This document shows positions 59,636 through 64,000 of a stretch of DNA of 64,000 nt, piece after piece. The notes below the pieces were generated by a model. That model did no database searches and was not told the DNA's origin. It saw only the letters and a list, made by a program, of their open reading frames with translations. Both the position numbers and the translations under genes were made by a program. This DNA comes from Bugula neritina (taxonomy: Eukaryota > Animalia > Bryozoa). Position 1 is the stretch's first letter, and every line of letters starts with the position of its first letter. The DNA lies in contig OZ037766.1 in the NCBI GenBank assembly GCA_964035545.1, positions 7,182,722-7,246,721 of the forward strand, in the 5' to 3' direction.

Positions 59636-60638
59636 AAATAACACTTTTTGTCAAATCTCAAAGTCTCTTTCTTGCAAGTTTTATTGGATAATTTGTCGAA
59701 AAAATATCATCAGTTTAAACAAAATAATTGCCGATTACCTTTAATTTTTTGCAATATACAAATACACACAGCAATCATATTTTACTTTGTCTTATTTCGC
59801 TTTTTGATTAAATGGGTGTGCTTATGTACAACTAACTGCTGTATTTGATGTACTTATATATAAATCACACTCATGCAAATACTTTACCTGCTACGTCATA
59901 TGCTGGTACCTGTCTAACACACTTCAAACATAAGCTAATGGTAATTAGTACAGCAGGGAAATGCAAAATACGAAGCCAGCAAGTTTTAGTAAGAAGTAAC
60001 TAGAAAAGAATCTTCTACTGCCAATATAGCTAAACCGACCTGTTGAATGATTCCCACTGACAGCGCAAGTCACTTTGACACATACAGGTAAGTCTTAAAT
60101 TTCTTTGTGACTCTCTAGAGTTGAATTTAATTTCACCATAAAACTAAGCAGTTAAAGACTTACTAACATTTATCTCTCTCTGGTAGTCTAATGAGGTATA
60201 AACTAATAGGATAGAAAAAGACAATGATGGAATTTGCTCTGCATGTGATGTCAAAAACACTCGGCAAGCTTGCAAAGTCTTGCTCTGAGTAACTTAATCG
60301 AATAAATACTTTTTGAGTATTTAAAAGTGGCATCTGTTTTGATGCAATTGACAGCAAGTTGAACTTAATGGTGTAAATGCTTAGTCTCAGGTTCAGGTCT
60401 TTGAGCTTCTATACACAATATATTTTATATTCACAGTCAAAGTATTAGCTAACTACGTATGCAAAGTTGAATATTATAGTAGTTAGTTTCTGATATAAAT
60501 CTTCTGACTAATGTTCACAACAATTCTCATTTAAGTTTAACTCAGAATTATTTAGTGATAAAGCAGGTAGGCGTGTGTCTGTAGATTAAATAATACTTTG
60601 TAGAGAAATGCTCGGTTGAAAGTGAAAGCACAACTGAC

Positions 60639-63600
60639 ATGACTTCAGACATCGACAGCATCACTACGGAGAATTCAGCCCTGCTGCCTCTAAATAACTC
60701 TGTTGCTGACTCTACAGAAAGCAGTGATGAGATCCAGACTTATCAGCGAAGATGGTGGATATTGGTAGTGTTCTGTGTGTGTGCTTCCAACCAGAGCTAC
60801 CTCTGGAACACTTGGGCACCCATTGCTGATGCAACCCAGATTGCATTTGGTTGGCCCAAATATTTTCCAGCTTTGCTTTTAGGTGTTTCTAATGCCTTAT
60901 CAGCAGTGATGGCATTTCCAATAATGTACTTTATTGAAAAGACAGGTATGCAATCATTCTGTTCACTTTGAAACTAAACTCGGTAGATAAGACTGCGCAT
61001 TTATGCTATTATATCAATTATAAAATTGCCATTGGCTAATTTTCATGAATTTGTAGATCTTCGACAGGCCACTGTATTGTCATCCTTTTTGATGGTGATG
61101 TGCATTATTGCATGGAATATAGCTTTACAAGCTAGGCAAAAATGGTAAACAAATACATGTATTTACCTTTAAAAAAACTATTCATATAACTTTAGGTTGA
61201 AATATTCTATACTATATAAGACAACATTAGGCTCATAACTGATATGAATTTTTTGTATGTAACATTGAAATTGTGTTGTGTTTGAATGAAATATGATTAG
61301 TTTTAAGTTTATATCTGAAGTGCTCATATATGTCTGTATAATGAATAGGCTGATAGTAGTTGGAGCAGCTCTTAATGGAATAACTGGGGCAGTAACTATG
61401 GCATCTCCCTCACTCCTGTCGGTCACCTGGTTCCCTACGTCTGAGCGAGCCATAGCCACGGCGTTTGCAGTTCTAAGTGGATACACTGGAAATGGATTAG
61501 CTTTCATCACAGGTTTCTAATCTAGATTCATATATCAAGAAAAATAATAAATATTGGGAAAAAATTTTATTAAGCAAAATTGCATTACATAATATATAAA
61601 ATCTATAAAATCTAGTTCAGCTCTCACGAGAGCCATAACAAAAGGCACACTGCACTTTGCATGCAATTATAACTTTCTGCCTTGTGTGTATCAAAATTTT
61701 GAGTAGATCTAAATTTTATAGAATCTATAGATACAATATTTCAAAGATATGCTTGTAGTTTGCAAAATTGTTGATAAACTTGTAAATTGTAAAAAAGCAT
61801 CACTATTGAGATATTTTTGATCATTGCATTCTGTACCACAGTTTTTATCCTTAATTAGTGACATGTGTAGGTACTATTTAAATTAATACAATTTATTTTT
61901 AAAAATGTCAAGTTATCAATTCTCAAAAATATATTTTTGCTCTTGCTAAAAAACTTATTTGTATAAATTTTTTATATGGTTCCATTAAAATTAGCTAGTT
62001 CAAAAATAAGTATATTTTGCATTAAAGGTGCTCAACACCATGTTGTCAACTGCATACATATATAACATGCAAAAAGACTGTCTATATAATGTAGTGTTGT
62101 GATTACTCTATGGTGTAAAGCATGTTAGCAGCTGCTAGAAAACCGAAGGTCTCGGGTTCAAATCTCAGTGGGGGCACAATTATTTTACATACACTGGAGT
62201 ATTCCGAGTCTATTCATCTTTGCAGGACTTTATTATAACTGATTTTTGTAAAATAATTTAAATAGTGATGTACAGTAAGTTAGAAAAGTAGTAGTTATTT
62301 GATTTAAAGTAACTTTTGAGTTTTAGAGTCTTGTATAGTATAGGTTAAAGTTGCTTAAATATAAATAAGTCAAGCGAGGCATTGTAAGTGTTATTGATTT
62401 GCAGTCAAATGACTCAAGCAACTTGACTTTATTGGACGACTTGACTTGAATTTTTTCACTTTTACTATAAGCCATGGCATGCCACAAAGTTAAATTATAG
62501 GCTTGGACGTGTTACAACTTTTAATCTTATAAACTGTATTATAACAACCTTTCCATTGTAATCTGATAAATATTTTAACAATTTCAGGGCCTTATATAAG
62601 CGGTGCTAACGTCACAGTGGGAGAAGTCAGACACAGACAATTTTTAGATGAAGGTATAGTTTCAGTTTAATTCAGCTGAGAAACATTATATAAATGTGTT
62701 TGAAGTGAGATCGTAGTAAACCCAATTATGAAATAAGTAGTAGGTATTGCATAATGCTTATAATCATTTTATTTCTATTTTACAGGCTTTATTACCTCTT
62801 TGAGACTTGGAATTTTAAAGATAATGTATTATGGTAAGTATTTTTAGGTTTTCACCTTACTGCACTTTGACTAGCAGCTGGTAAACTATTTAGCATTTTC
62901 TAAAAGCTTGCACCAGTGCATCATAGGTGCATTCTAATTTTTTGTTGGTTTTTTGTTTTATTAATATCATAGTTATATAGGCTTGAAATGTCATTGAGCA
63001 TTTTAAGTCATAACCATTTTTCTCTTGTATACAAGTTATTTTAATTTTAGGTGCTACAATAACTTTTATTGGTTTCCTAATGACAATGCTATATTTTCCC
63101 CCTGGTCCCCCTAAAAAGCCCAGTGAAGTGCAAAATGCAGTTCGAGAGGAATTTATCAGTGGTTTTAAGAAAATCGCAAAGTTTGTATTCACAAATATTT
63201 ATAATAATAAATTTCTCATATCTGCAATACAAAACTTTTTACAGAAGAAAAAAGTAGTAAGTTATAAATTGAAGAATCTTAACTAGAATTCAAGAACTTT
63301 AAGTTCTAAAAAAGCTTGGGTAGTATTTTGAAAAGACGCAATAGCTAGGTGAGCAGCAGTGTTGGGTAAAAGCACTGCACCTGCTTTATATAACTCATTA
63401 CTGCTGATGCCTAAATTTTTTTATAATTTATTCTTCACCATTTTGTAGAAACTATGACTTCTGGCTGCTCAGCACGGCTTACAATTTATCAAATGCCCTG
63501 TTTAACTCTTGGCTTCCACTGTCTTCCATTAACTTCAGATCTTTGAACATTGATGAGGTGAGTAATTCTTTGAACAAATTAAAAACAGTTGAATTTTATC

Positions 63601-63905
63601 AAAAATTGCAAATACTGGTCACCTTTGGTCACCTTTCACTGCCATGGTCCTGCGCGGCTGGCGGAAAAATTGCAAAGATTATTGAGTTTAATTTCAATGA
63701 TTGTAGGTTACAGCTGGCTGGATAGGATTCACTGCTATAATGACTAGCAGTGTGTGCTCAGTGTTTATTTCTTACGTCATGAACTATTTTAAAAAGAGAG
63801 TTAAGCTGTTTCTACAGTTGGCAAACCTAGTGGCTCTGGCGATGTTTGTCATTCTAATATGCATACAAAGAAGCTATATATTTGTGCCACCTTCTTTTGT
63901 AACAC
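60639..63905 (+). CDS. SLC49A4: SLC49A4/DIRC2-like transporter copy 6, partial (exons 1-8): 60639-60945, 61057-61144, 61349-61512, 62588-62653, 62786-62833, 63051-63180, 63449-63557, 63707-63905; continues past the window
   Basis: Same exon sizes and phases; YQRRWWILVVF, WNTWAPI, WFPTSERAIATA, GANVT and YFPPGPPKKPS; N-terminal ENSALL dileucine motif. Confidence 0.9.
62105..62180 (+). other. Degenerate tRNA-like sequence (pseudo-tRNA or SINE head)
   Basis: TGGTGTAA A-box-like and GAAGGTCTCGGGTTCAAATCTC T-arm-like segments; the cloverleaf is not fully formable. Confidence 0.45.
63616..63664 (-). mobile_element. Second micro-retroposed insert with TSD; a third copy begins at 63983 and is cut by the window edge
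   Basis: TGGTCACCTTTGGTCACCTTTCACTGCCATGGTCCTGCGCGGCTGGCGG flanked by AAAAATTGCAAA on both sides. Confidence 0.75.
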
Positions 63906-64000
63906 GTAAGTGCAGCATATCTAAATTATTCTATACCTCTGTAAAGAACTTTGGGCCATTAAGTGATAATTGGATCCTTAATGGTCACCTTTCACCGCCG

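Noticed and set aside
62105-62180. Functional tRNA gene (likewise the SINE heads)
   Set aside because: D and anticodon arms do not pair properly; the SINE heads continue into a shared non-tRNA body with TSDs.

Overview
AT-rich, intron-containing animal (invertebrate-type) genomic DNA; the species cannot be named from the sequence. All introns I could assign are GT-AG. Left to right: (1) a 5-coding-exon delta-9 acyl-CoA desaturase gene on the minus strand (181-5146); (2) an intergenic region with a ~2.1 kb near-perfect inverted repeat and a MITE nested inside another MITE; (3) a 530-aa JmjC 2-oxoglutarate oxygenase with an intronless CDS and an apparent signal peptide (minus strand); (4) a head-to-tail array of at least six SLC49A4/DIRC2-like MFS transporter paralogs (19504 to beyond 64000) sharing one 10-exon architecture. 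Copies 1-3 look intact and copy 6 is intact up to the window edge. The recent duplicate pair 4/5 carries complementary lesions: copy 4 has a nonsense codon and a decayed exon 1 but intact exons 2-10, while copy 5 has an intact exon 1 but lacks exon 2. A full ORF of this subtype exists only in permuted order or by borrowing an exon from a neighbour. Also present: tRNA-derived SINEs, a solo LTR, an RTE-like LINE fragment, hAT-, pogo-, Harbinger- and CMC-like MITEs, a ~40-50 nt TSD-flanked micro-retroelement, microsatellites, and a spacerless palindrome absent from the paralogous site. Exon boundaries and substitution counts were read by eye and need computational confirmation.
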